In this document: positions 9,353-17,787 of the stretch, piece by piece
Position numbering within the stretch: position 1 is the stretch's first letter
Layout of the letters: the number at the start of each line of letters is the position of its first letter
Origin: a virus
Lineage: Duplodnaviria > Caudoviricetes
DNA: 40,275 bases
Virus record (IMG/VR): IMGVR_UViG_3300024232_000030
Span: 1 to 40,275 of that record
Direction: 5' to 3' (one strand)
Position numbers and translations under genes: made by a program
Notes under the pieces: generated by a model
What the model was told of the DNA's origin: nothing
What the model saw: only the letters and a program-made list of their open reading frames with translations
The model's database searches: none

Positions 9353-9546
9353 CGTACTCCCGCCTGACGAGTAAGTGCAGTGGTGAGTTCTGTTAAGACG
9401 TGAATCTTCAAGCACCGCCAGTCGTGAAAGCGAAGTGGGTAGCGGTCGTCCTCTCCGAACTCCATCGCTGGGAGAAGGTCGAGAATGAGGTATGCCCGCG
9501 ACTTGTCAGTTGCGTCGATTTCCTGCTTGCAACCTGCACAGGTCAC
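9349..9546 (-). CDS. small zinc-finger-like protein
   Basis: GTG start overlapping upstream TGA; CAGC and HDWRC motifs. Confidence 0.5.
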   Translation of the reverse strand: MTCAGCKQEIDATDKSRAYLILDLLPAMEFGEDDRYPLRFHDWRCLKIHVLTELTTALTRQAGVR

Positions 9547-9869
9547 TTCGACACTCCCATCTGTACGCCTTCGGCATCTGTATGAGGAGTTCCTGCGCGT
9601 TCTTCGTGGCCGGCAGTCAGTACGCACTGTATGAGGCCTTCTTTGTACGGGCACATGCCGGCGAGGAAACGTGGATCTTTTAGACGCTCCGGTTGCTTTA
9701 GCGCTTCAAGCTCTGCACGTTGCTCTTCGATCTCTGCGATTGCATCGGCGATGTCACTCGACATCTTATGTGCGTCTTCGGCAGAGAGGTTATTGTACTT
9801 GCGTTTGAGGATGCGGATTGTTGCTTCGACCCACATCCGGTAGGACTTGAGACTGATGACGTTGCTCAT
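9543..9869 (-). CDS. hypothetical protein
   Basis: Translationally coupled ORF. Confidence 0.55.
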   Translation of the reverse strand: MSNVISLKSYRMWVEATIRILKRKYNNLSAEDAHKMSSDIADAIAEIEEQRAELEALKQPERLKDPRFLAGMCPYKEGLIQCVLTAGHEERAGTPHTDAEGVQMGVSK

Positions 9870-10252
9870 GCGGCTTGACCCCCGTACTCTCGAAAGAGCT
9901 TGAGCACTTTTTCACTTACGATTCTCTCATTCTCTCCGCATGCATAGCAACGGACGTATTGCCTGCGCGAACCGTCCTCACCGAGCATGTTGACCCACTT
10001 CCGAGTCTCATCCTGCCAGAACGCGATCTTCCGAGCGTAGAGATCCTCTGCGAGGTTCAAGCTCTGGAGCACTCGCTCATGCTCTCGCATGACAATGCTG
10101 TACAGGGCTTCCTTGGCAGTCGTGCCCTCAGGTACACGTCCCAGCGCACGGTACTTCCGCGAGGTTTGCAAGAAGCCTAAGCGCACAAGCAGGCGTGCGT
10201 ATTGCTCTGCGGTCATTGTTGCACGTTCACGTGCTGGTGATTCAGCAGTCAT
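9866..10252 (-). CDS. hypothetical protein
   Basis: Translationally coupled ORF. Confidence 0.55.
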   Translation of the reverse strand: MTAESPARERATMTAEQYARLLVRLGFLQTSRKYRALGRVPEGTTAKEALYSIVMREHERVLQSLNLAEDLYARKIAFWQDETRKWVNMLGEDGSRRQYVRCYACGENERIVSEKVLKLFREYGGQAA

Positions 10253-10584
10253 TTATCAAGCCTCTCACTCAAACCCGTCTGCATCCCATGCATGATGAGC
10301 GTCGATGCGAGTCGTGCCGAGCACTTGCAGTTTGCAATCCACTCCTTGACGATGTGCATGATGATGAAGCAGCGAAGGGCGTCGAGTTCCTTCGGATCGC
10401 CGGTGCGAGCGTCGCGAATTTGCTTAAGCACGGTTGCTCGCTCCATCTCACTGAGAAGGGTGTCGTGATCTCCTCCGCCTATGGCGGTTGTAACTGCATA
10501 CACGGCATCACACACGTCGTTCGCTCCGAGTAGGGACCAAACCGTCTCAAGGGCGAAGTCAGCTTTCTTGCAGAGTTCACACAT
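10249..10584 (-). CDS. hypothetical protein
   Basis: Start at MCELCK with AGGAG SD. Confidence 0.55.
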   Translation of the reverse strand: MCELCKKADFALETVWSLLGANDVCDAVYAVTTAIGGGDHDTLLSEMERATVLKQIRDARTGDPKELDALRCFIIMHIVKEWIANCKCSARLASTLIMHGMQTGLSERLDK

Positions 10585-10595
10585 GCTCTTCGCTC

Positions 10596-10844
10596 CTAGA
10601 TGGGAAGGTCCGCGTCGGTAAGAGGAGCAGGCTCTTCCTGCTGGGGCTTTGCCCCTTGCAGAGCATCTGCTTCGAAGAGGTGGTACTCTGTTCCGAAAAT
10701 ATTGAGCATGAGCTTCCCGCTCCATCGCCCTCCACCATCTTGCCAGAGCGTAACGCGTCCGCATGGTGCCCAGAATGCTTTCGCAGCACCAGGACGCACG
10801 ATCTTGTTCTTCACTTCAAGCGTTAGATTCGGTTTCCCCGCCAT
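10596..10844 (-). CDS. small beta-rich protein with SSB-like acidic tail
   Basis: WAPCGRVTLW..SGKLML core; C-terminus LTDADLPI resembles the DDIPF SSB tail. Confidence 0.5.
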   Translation of the reverse strand: MAGKPNLTLEVKNKIVRPGAAKAFWAPCGRVTLWQDGGGRWSGKLMLNIFGTEYHLFEADALQGAKPQQEEPAPLTDADLPI

Positions 10845-11679
10845 TGGCATTCGCCTCCTCTTGGAGAAGTTGCATGAGTTGTAGCCTGGCGCTGTCTTCG
10901 ACAGCATCGGTGGTTTCTGCACTTGCATCTGCTGCAGAACGCAGTTTCGCGATTCCGCGTCCCGCGAGGTCCTCGGCAACATCTGCAATCCTCCCGTGCT
11001 TCGGACGCACATGCCCGGTGAGAGGGTGTTGCCAACCGTTCACATCCTTGCTGCGCACGGAAAGTGCGATGCGAAGCATCCCTGCTTCCAGCGCGAGCTT
11101 CACCCAGCCCATGCCTCCGGAGAGGAGCCAGACTCCGATTTGCAGGGGATCGGGTACGTCGAAGATTGGCGGCGCACTGTCAGGGTAGAGGAGACCTTGA
11201 GCCTCGGGCTCCGCCAGTTCAGGGTCGAGAATGACCTTCCCTGTACTCTCGTCGATGTAGTCGAGGGCTTCGAGTTCGATCGCGGCGGATTCGACTTGAT
11301 CCTCCGGCACGTGGAGCGTTTCGCGAAGGAACTTGGCAACCGTGCAGCGTTGGCCGTACGTAGTCCAGTGCCGCAGAAGGTGCTCCGCGTACGCGTTGAC
11401 GTATTCCTCGCTCCATTCAAGAGCGTACGTGTTTAGCGTCCAGAGCTTGTGCGAGGAGCTCTGCTCCGGTACGAAGTGAAAGGCGCAGGCGCCCTTCTCT
11501 TGTTCTTCAACTCGGAGCTCTTCGGGCTCGAGGCCTTCGCTCTCGATTGAGGGGCCAGCGAGGCGGACCGTGCGAAGCCAGAGGTCGGGATTCTGTTCGT
11601 TCTGCGCCCAGATGTCCGACCGCTGGCGCAGGTGCTCAAGCAGTTCCTCACGTTCCCACCAGGTCAAGCGCATACTCAT
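10816..11679 (-). CDS. hypothetical protein
   Basis: 287 aa acidic ORF, coupled to neighbours. Confidence 0.6.
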   Translation of the reverse strand: MSMRLTWWEREELLEHLRQRSDIWAQNEQNPDLWLRTVRLAGPSIESEGLEPEELRVEEQEKGACAFHFVPEQSSSHKLWTLNTYALEWSEEYVNAYAEHLLRHWTTYGQRCTVAKFLRETLHVPEDQVESAAIELEALDYIDESTGKVILDPELAEPEAQGLLYPDSAPPIFDVPDPLQIGVWLLSGGMGWVKLALEAGMLRIALSVRSKDVNGWQHPLTGHVRPKHGRIADVAEDLAGRGIAKLRSAADASAETTDAVEDSARLQLMQLLQEEANANGGETESNA

Positions 11680-11891
11680 GTCCTGCTCACCGTGAAAGAG
11701 TCGAAGGGGAGCACTGCATGATCAGTCCCTGCGGCAGTGCTCACGCCGAGCTTCGTGAAGATGCGGTTCGCATCCTCTACCGAGAGCACGCGGATGAATT
11801 CAACATACAACTTCTGCTGCCGGCTTTCGAAGTAGATGACGGAAGGAAGCCCGAATGCGTGCACGTCGCCGTGCGTGATGTTGATTCTCAC
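11676..11891 (-). CDS. hypothetical protein
   Basis: GTGA and ATGA overlaps. Confidence 0.55.
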   Translation of the reverse strand: MRINITHGDVHAFGLPSVIYFESRQQKLYVEFIRVLSVEDANRIFTKLGVSTAAGTDHAVLPFDSFTVSRT

Positions 11892-12214
11892 TTGATCAGG
11901 CCTCCTCTCTTCAGCGCGTTGACGTAGTTTGTTACTTGCACCCGCCGAACCTTCGCCCGGTACTCTCGCACGGCATCAGGAACATCCGTCCAATCGTCAA
12001 TTGCCAGGTACTCGAGCAACGCCTTGTACTTCGTCAGCATGCTCGTACCCATCAAGCTCATGCGGAGCATCTGCCAATCGCCGTTCTGCACTGCATCCCG
12101 GATCTCCTCACGCGAGAAGCTCCCGAAGATGAGCTTCTGCCAGTCGGCACTCGTCGGAGGTGCGGTGAGAAGCGTGAGCGCGGAATGTATTCGTGCTGGT
12201 GCATCTTGATCCAT
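11888..12214 (-). CDS. hypothetical protein
   Basis: 108 aa ORF ending QVTNYVNALKRGGLIK. Confidence 0.6.
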   Translation of the reverse strand: MDQDAPARIHSALTLLTAPPTSADWQKLIFGSFSREEIRDAVQNGDWQMLRMSLMGTSMLTKYKALLEYLAIDDWTDVPDAVREYRAKVRRVQVTNYVNALKRGGLIK

Positions 12215-12276
12215 GAAGAGATTTTACTTCGAATTGCGGATTGAAATCTACGTACGTGGGCTGCTTCGCAGCCCCG

Positions 12277-12417
12277 TCAGTGCACGAGCAGCTGGAGCAA
12301 GTGCACTAGGCACAGGAGCAAGATCGCCATCCACGCAGGACATTTCTGCGGGTTGACGGCAGAGCCGAGTGCGATTGCCAGTGCACCGAGAACGAGGATC
12401 GTGAGAATGAGCATCAT
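12277..12417 (-). CDS. 46 aa two-TM membrane protein (below ORF-track cutoff)
   Basis: Hand translation MMLILTILVLGALAIALGSAVNPQKCPAWMAILLLCLVHLLQLLVH; GAGGTG SD; ATGA overlap. Confidence 0.6.
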   Translation of the reverse strand: MMLILTILVLGALAIALGSAVNPQKCPAWMAILLLCLVHLLQLLVH

Positions 12418-12614
12418 GACTTCACCTCTGCTTGGTTAACGGTTCGAAGAATCGCTTCAGCACGAGCGTCTGCGATCGCTTGCGTTTCGCCCCAAATGAT
12501 CACTGCACCGAGATGTGTGATACGGCCGTCTTCCACGACGCTTAGGGTCACGGCTTTGCATGAGCCTGGAGACCCGTCTGGAAGAATGGGAGTTGCATCA
12601 CGAACGAAGGTCAT
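12414..12614 (-). CDS. hypothetical protein
   Basis: ATGA-coupled to queC. Confidence 0.55.
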   Translation of the reverse strand: MTFVRDATPILPDGSPGSCKAVTLSVVEDGRITHLGAVIIWGETQAIADARAEAILRTVNQAEVKS

Positions 12615-13309
12615 ACTGGCACCGTCTCATACTCCGTGGGATCTTGGAGGCCAGCATCTCGGAAGGCTTCGATCCGCTCGACGCACGTTCCACACTTCCC
12701 GCAGTGCTTCTCACGGCCTTCGTAGCAGGAGTACGTGAGGTGCGTGGGGACGCGGAGGCGTTTCGCCTCCCGTGCGATATCGGTCTTCGTGAGTTGAATG
12801 AATGGGCGGTACAACTCTACGCCGGGATCATTACCCAGAAGCATTGCCTCTGCGATCGCAGCTGCGAATTCAGGACGACAGTCCGGGTAGATGGCGTGAT
12901 CCCCTGCATGCGCGGCATAGGCAACTGTACGTGAATTGATGCTGACGGCGTACGCTGTTGCCATGGCAATCAGGACCATGTTTCTGTTGGGGACGATCGT
13001 GGTTTTCATATTCTCCGCAGCATAATGCCCGTGCGGAACAGGAACGCGCCGACCAACCTGCGAGCTCGCGCTCTGCTCGAAGAGCCCTTGCATTGGCGCA
13101 GCCACGTTCACGATCTGGTGTTCAGCGAACGCCCCGGCAAGAGCGATGTTTCGTGCAGCATGCAGTTCCTGCACATGACGTTGCCCGTAGTCAATGCTTA
13201 TTGCATGGACGTTGAACCCGAGTTCTTGCACGAAGTATGCGAGTGTGCTGGAGTCGAGCCCTCCTGAAAGGAGGACGACCGCTCTGCGGCCTGAGCTGGA
13301 AGCATGCAT
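12611..13309 (-). CDS. queC: 7-cyano-7-deazaguanine synthase
   Basis: SGGLDS, DYGQRH, VPNRN, YPDCRPEF and SCY..CGKCGTCxER motifs. Confidence 0.96.
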   Translation of the reverse strand: MHASSSGRRAVVLLSGGLDSSTLAYFVQELGFNVHAISIDYGQRHVQELHAARNIALAGAFAEHQIVNVAAPMQGLFEQSASSQVGRRVPVPHGHYAAENMKTTIVPNRNMVLIAMATAYAVSINSRTVAYAAHAGDHAIYPDCRPEFAAAIAEAMLLGNDPGVELYRPFIQLTKTDIAREAKRLRVPTHLTYSCYEGREKHCGKCGTCVERIEAFRDAGLQDPTEYETVPV

Positions 13310-13386
13310 GAGAAGGTTCCCTTTCTTCGAAAGCGTTGGAGCGTGAGGCGCGAAGCGTGGAACTCAACGACGAAGATTACCCAACG

Positions 13387-13423
13387 AAAAGGGGCTCTGT
13401 GGAGCTGCCCATCCACGAGCCCC
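13387..13423 (-). terminator. rho-independent terminator
   Basis: GGGGCTC-GTGGA...TCCAC-A-GAGCCCC followed by TTTT on the minus strand. Confidence 0.6.
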
Positions 13424-13444
13424 TGTGCTGTGCGAAGCGCCGAG

Positions 13445-13798
13445 CTACGCCGGCTGTTGCTCGACCTCTCCGGTCTTCGGGTTGATCCCGAGTTCCGCGG
13501 CCCGTGCGAGCACTGCCTTGAGCATCGCTGCGCGCTTCTGCCGGTACGCCTTCATCCGCTCCTTGACCTCGGGGCGCTGGTGGTATTCCTTCATCTTCGC
13601 CTTGACTTCGGGCTTCTGAATGCGCGTCCGGTTGTACTCCTTGCGCTTCTCGAGCTGCTCTTCCGTGAGCTCCTTGCCCTTCTGACGTTCGCGCTGCTTC
13701 GCCCTCTGCGTCTGCATCTTGGCGAGCTGTTCGCGGACCTGATCCGCCGAGAGGTTGTTGACCTGCGCGCGGATCTGTTCGAGGATGTTCCCTTCCAT
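13445..13798 (-). CDS. basic coiled-coil protein
   Basis: Repeated PEVKxxMKxY units; strong SD; own promoter and terminator. Confidence 0.7.
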   Translation of the reverse strand: MEGNILEQIRAQVNNLSADQVREQLAKMQTQRAKQRERQKGKELTEEQLEKRKEYNRTRIQKPEVKAKMKEYHQRPEVKERMKAYRQKRAAMLKAVLARAAELGINPKTGEVEQQPA

Positions 13799-13877
13799 CG
13801 TCTCTGCTCCTTGCGGACTGCGTCCGCTCTTTGCACTTGCTGCTTCTTGCAGCTAGCGGTTTCCGAATCTGAAAGAC

Positions 13878-13907
13878 ATTATACTTTCGAACTTGAGTTG
13901 CTCTCAA
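13878..13907 (-). promoter_or_regulatory. sigma70-type promoter TTGAGA-N18-TATAAT
   Basis: Same -35, -10 and spacer as the promoter at 7654-7683. Confidence 0.7.
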
Positions 13908-14400
13908 CGGGCGGGATTTCGCTCGTTCTGCTTGGCACTTCTTGGGCAATAAGCAAGCTCAGGGCGCCTCCGAGTACTTCGTGCATGTGGGGGAGCGTCC
14001 GAGGCGCAAGCGTGGACGCACGATTCCCAGCGACGTTCAGATCTTGCACTCCGTACGTACGAATGAACGTGACGATCGATTCGATGGACATCGGATTAAG
14101 CAGGTACGGACGCCTGTACGCCTGCACGTGCTTAAGCGTAGCGCGGAAGCCGCGCGTTCCGGTGCGCCCGAACCAGATCGTGGCGTCCGATGCCTGCACG
14201 TTCAAACTGGTTCGCACGATGTAATCCTCTGAAGCGGTCTCCGTGCACCCGAACTCCGTGACGAGTTCAGGAGCCGGGCCACGTTCGGTCTTGCACCCGC
14301 GAGGAACGAAGCCGCCGGTGCGGAGCCCGAGCGTCTTGGCGATTTCGAGTGCCGTGCGATCGACGCCCGTTTGACCTCCTGAACGAATCTTCAGCTGCAT
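13879..14400 (-). CDS. SLOG-superfamily (putative molybdenum carrier / YpsA-like) protein
   Basis: SGGQTGVDR, TGGFVPRG, RTxxNVxxSDAT and LNVAGNRAS motifs; start MQLKIR. Confidence 0.85.
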   Translation of the reverse strand: MQLKIRSGGQTGVDRTALEIAKTLGLRTGGFVPRGCKTERGPAPELVTEFGCTETASEDYIVRTSLNVQASDATIWFGRTGTRGFRATLKHVQAYRRPYLLNPMSIESIVTFIRTYGVQDLNVAGNRASTLAPRTLPHMHEVLGGALSLLIAQEVPSRTSEIPPVESNSSSKV

Positions 14401-14576
14401 CGAACATTCCTCACAGGGGCGTACGAGAACGTCCCGCGTGTGTCGTCCTGAAGCATGCACGTCACTTCGAGCTGCCACGGAGCGGTGATGTCGAGGAGAA
14501 TCGAGACGTAGGGGAGCGCGTAACGCTGCCAACGCCCGTTTCGTTCTACGTCGAACTCGATGATTTTCACCGTCAC
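14391..14576 (-). CDS. hypothetical protein
   Basis: GTG start behind GAGGAGG. Confidence 0.5.
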   Translation of the reverse strand: MTVKIIEFDVERNGRWQRYALPYVSILLDITAPWQLEVTCMLQDDTRGTFSYAPVRNVRCS

Positions 14577-14724
14577 TGCTCTCCTCCTCTCACGCGTTGC
14601 ACGAAGTGCGGGCGTCGGCAAAGCCCGCATCAGGGATTAGGATCCAACCCGCTGGCGGATAGCGGAGTTCCCCTTTCTTCACTCGGCGCGACTCGCGAAG
14701 AGCCGAGCGAAACAGCGCTGCGCG

Positions 14725-15240
14725 CTATGCGCGAACGAGTGCCTCGATCTCCGCGCTTCGCTCTGTCACGGCTTCCGGCTCGCTCCATGCCTCCAGGCAT
14801 TCTTGGGTGATCGTTTCGAGCGATGCTTGCATCGCGGCGAGGATGTCACTCTTCACTCGCGTACTAGCGTCGTTCCACGATTCGATCTGCAGGCCTCCCA
14901 GCACCTTCTGAATCCGTGCACGAAAGACTTCGAGCAGCGACGCTGCCGTGCTCTCCGTGAGGGAGTCCGTGAAGCGAACTTGCTGGGGAATCTGGAGAAC
15001 TTGAAACTCCGGAATCACTGCCAACGTCAGCTCGATCTGCGGCCGGAGCACAGTTGTCAGTGCGCCGCGAAGTGCACCGACGACGCAGACTCCTGAAGGA
15101 TCTTGCCCATCGCTCCAGCCCGTAGGGCTTGCGTGCCCGCGTTCCTGCCCCTTGATCCAGCCACCCTGCAGCATCTGCTCGGCGAGCATCATGACTTCCT
15201 GCGGGTTGATCTCGATCTTCGGTGCTTGCTGCTCATGCAT
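14725..15240 (-). CDS. DUF6197-like phage protein
   Basis: GWIKG..CVVGAL..SWND..R pattern. Confidence 0.6.
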   Translation of the reverse strand: MHEQQAPKIEINPQEVMMLAEQMLQGGWIKGQERGHASPTGWSDGQDPSGVCVVGALRGALTTVLRPQIELTLAVIPEFQVLQIPQQVRFTDSLTESTAASLLEVFRARIQKVLGGLQIESWNDASTRVKSDILAAMQASLETITQECLEAWSEPEAVTERSAEIEALVRA

Positions 15241-15282
15241 GTTTACATCTCCTTTGTGAAAAGTATAGTGCAGCGCTTCGCG

Positions 15283-15771
15283 CTATGCACTGGACGTCTT
15301 CGAATTCTTCTCGATCAAGGCGTCGAGTTTACTGAAGAGGGCGTCGTCCTGCTGCGCAACGTCCACCGGTTCACTGGCGGCGGCAACCGCGGCCCGCCGG
15401 TTTGCTGCATACGTCTTCTGCGAAGCATTGACGCGTTCGCGGTTCGCCGTACGCCACCGTCGCATGTACTCCCGCGAACCTGCAGGTGCTCCGTAGGGAT
15501 TCTTCGCACGTTTCCCTGAAGGGGCCGTTGGTCGTGACGGCCGTGTCGCGAGGTCTACGTTCTCAAGCGTCTCGTTCGTGCGGTCGCCGTCGAGCCAGAA
15601 CGGGAATTTTTCCTCTGGCCACGTGCCGAATTTGCGTTCCGCCAGCAACAGAAGCACAGGACGCGTGCTCCCGTCCTTGAGGACCGCGAGCCGCGAAGCG
15701 GTGTAAGCGGAACGCTTGCCGATGGGCTCGATGAAACTCAGCGCGATTTCGTGAAGAAATTGCTCGGTCAT
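15283..15771 (-). CDS. hypothetical protein with basic C-terminal helix
   Basis: REYMRRWR segment. Confidence 0.6.
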   Translation of the reverse strand: MTEQFLHEIALSFIEPIGKRSAYTASRLAVLKDGSTRPVLLLLAERKFGTWPEEKFPFWLDGDRTNETLENVDLATRPSRPTAPSGKRAKNPYGAPAGSREYMRRWRTANRERVNASQKTYAANRRAAVAAASEPVDVAQQDDALFSKLDALIEKNSKTSSA

Positions 15772-15780
15772 AGCGTAGCC

Positions 15781-16002
15781 CTATTTGTCCCCGCGGTACT
15801 CTTCCCACGTGTCCGTGCCCGAGTCTGCTGCGTGCTGCAGGCGGTCCATCCGCGAAGCGCGGCGAGTGCTGCGGTTCGCCGGGCCTGTGCCCAAGATTCT
15901 CTCGCGTTCTTCGCGAGGAAGGCACTCGAGGCAGACCGAAAACTGCAGCCTGCTGTATACGACCTGCTTGTCCTTCCCGCATGCGTTGCAGAGTGGCATC
16001 AC
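15781..16002 (-). CDS. small zinc-finger protein
   Basis: CNAC and CLEC motifs. Confidence 0.55.
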   Translation of the reverse strand: MMPLCNACGKDKQVVYSRLQFSVCLECLPREERERILGTGPANRSTRRASRMDRLQHAADSGTDTWEEYRGDK

Positions 16003-16238
16003 CGTTCTCCTTGTGAAGCGTGGAACACTGCCCCGATGACTGCCGGTGCTTCTTGCACCGCAGGTGCAGGAACCGCTCGTGCGATTGCTGCGATCCGCTC
16101 CCCAGCATCCGCCAGGACTCGATGAATCTCCAGCACGGCCGGATGATCTGCCGCGAGCGGAGAGAGCTGGGAGTGCCGGAATTCCGTTGCCGTTTGCATC
16201 GAAATCGTGAGCCCTTGTCCGCTGTAGCTAATGATCAT
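15999..16238 (-). CDS. hypothetical protein
   Basis: Start MIISY behind AAGGAG, just downstream of a promoter. Confidence 0.5.
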   Translation of the reverse strand: MIISYSGQGLTISMQTATEFRHSQLSPLAADHPAVLEIHRVLADAGERIAAIARAVPAPAVQEAPAVIGAVFHASQGER

Positions 16239-16263
16239 GCTTCTCTCCTTTCCTTCCTGAGAC

Positions 16264-16293
16264 ATTATAACATGGAATGAGTGTGGAAATCAA
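16264..16293 (-). promoter_or_regulatory. sigma70-type promoter TTGATT-N18-TATAAT with extended -10
   Basis: TGtTATAAT on the minus strand. Confidence 0.65.
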
Positions 16294-16298
16294 GGACG

Positions 16299-16712
16299 TG
16301 TTCGATGTCATCGTGCCAGGCACTTTCCGAACGTTCGGCATTGCCCGTTGAATGCAAACGCTTGAAAGCAAATGAGTTAGCCGTTCAAAGTTTTGTTCTT
16401 GTTCTTTTGCCTTGCCAAGGCGTCTCAAAATCCTATAAACCCCACTCTCCACACGCCTACGGCGGAAGAAGGAGAAAGGATCTCTTCCTTCTAATTCCTC
16501 ATTTTTTTCTATATACATATAAATCCCTCCTCTCCTCTTCATACTCTTTCCTCTACCCCCTCCCCTATGATGTACGTGTATTAGGGAGTATGAAGTGCTG
16601 GGGCATGGCAAGAGAACACGAAACAGTACGTTGAAACGCTAAAGCGTTGAAATGCATCGAGTTATTCAAAGCCCTGAGTGAGGAATGTTCGGAAAATGCC
16701 CGGCATCGAACA
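16299..16712. other. candidate replication origin: AT/pyrimidine-rich core flanked by an inverted repeat
   Basis: 23 bp inverted repeat 16314-16336 / 16683-16705 (3 mismatches); pyrimidine-rich AT core at about 16480-16570. Confidence 0.5.
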
Positions 16713-16731
16713 GCGAATCGCTCTTTGAACT

Positions 16732-16956
16732 TCAAGGTCGACTCCCTCCATCCGTCGGCGGCAGCGGTACAACCCGTACGCTGATGACGCAGAGCGCGTC
16801 GTCGACTTGTGCAAGTGCCCTGTACTCACTCTTCACGACGCCTGGCAGCACTTCCTCTTCGTAGAGGGTCGGTGCAGTTAAGAGCTTCACGTACGGCTTC
16901 TCCTTGATCACGGCGCCCTTCCAAGCTTCGAGTTGTTCCTTCGTCGGATCGGCCAT
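16732..16956 (-). CDS. hypothetical protein
   Basis: Start MADPTK behind AAGGAG. Confidence 0.55.
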   Translation of the reverse strand: MADPTKEQLEAWKGAVIKEKPYVKLLTAPTLYEEEVLPGVVKSEYRALAQVDDALCVISVRVVPLPPTDGGSRP

Positions 16957-16988
16957 GTTGCACACGCTCCTTCTCGGGCGAAGCCCGT

Positions 16989-17189
16989 CTACCATAGTGC
17001 AAAGATTATCGCGAGCACGGAGAGTGCGATGCAGAGCAGTCCGTACATCACCTGCTCTGCAGGATCAGGACTTGTGAACACGACGACGATAGCGCAGAAG
17101 ATCGCTATGCTGAATAGGCCTGCAAGGCCCAGCTTGCTGGCCGCCATGAAGCGTCTCCAGTCGCGCGAGCGTAGTGAGTTTCGAGGCAC
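16989..17189 (-). CDS. two-TM membrane protein
   Basis: Two hydrophobic helices; GGAGGAG SD. Confidence 0.6.
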   Translation of the reverse strand: MPRNSLRSRDWRRFMAASKLGLAGLFSIAIFCAIVVVFTSPDPAEQVMYGLLCIALSVLAIIFALW

Positions 17190-17287
17190 GTCTCCTCCTC
17201 CAACGGCGTAGCCGCTGCATTTGCTCCCTGATGATTCTCATATTCTCCTGCACTTTCATGTTTCACACACGAGACGGGCGAGACCCG

Positions 17288-17488
17288 TCACCCAAACGTT
17301 GCTGTCGGTTCAACTCTCGCGCCTTCTTTCCAATCTACGTCGATGTGAATTTGATCCCCGCATCTCTCACACTTGTACGTGCGAACGGAGAGGACGAGGT
17401 CGATATCTTCCTGCGGGCGAAGCTCGAAGCGGGGAACGGGACCTGTGCGTTTGTCCCACGCCGGGCAGGAGCTGTGAAAGAGCATCAT
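17288..17488 (-). CDS. small zinc-ribbon protein
   Basis: HSSC and CERCG motifs. Confidence 0.5.
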   Translation of the reverse strand: MMLFHSSCPAWDKRTGPVPRFELRPQEDIDLVLSVRTYKCERCGDQIHIDVDWKEGARVEPTATFG

Positions 17489-17787
17489 GACGTACCTCCG
17501 TGCCGGCGGTTCGCGATGAGCACGTCCGTGCTCGATTCAGATTCCGCCGACAACTTCATCTCGTACTTCTCCGGTGGTGGAACGGAAGGACGGAACGCCC
17601 AGCTCCTTACGTCAAGCACTCGTTTCGCTTGCAGCGAGAGCATTGCCCGCTTGGCGCGGAGCGCTACGAACCACCATCCCTCGGAACGAAGTTGCGCGAC
17701 CGCGTGATCGAGCGTGGTGCTCCCATTCATCACGACGAACCAGTACAGGCGTCGCTCGATCCTACTTAGGTGGATGAATCGAAGCAT
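17485..17787 (-). CDS. hypothetical protein
   Basis: Coupled ORF. Confidence 0.45.
   Translation of the reverse strand: MLRFIHLSRIERRLYWFVVMNGSTTLDHAVAQLRSEGWWFVALRAKRAMLSLQAKRVLDVRSWAFRPSVPPPEKYEMKLSAESESSTDVLIANRRHGGTS

Noticed and set aside
13310-13444. preQ1 riboswitch upstream of queC
   Set aside because: No recognisable preQ1 aptamer stem with A-rich tail; the hairpin is explained as the terminator of the upstream gene
16228-16611. 127 aa ORF across the AT-rich region
   Set aside because: Low-complexity translation overlapping a promoter and inverted repeats; more likely non-coding
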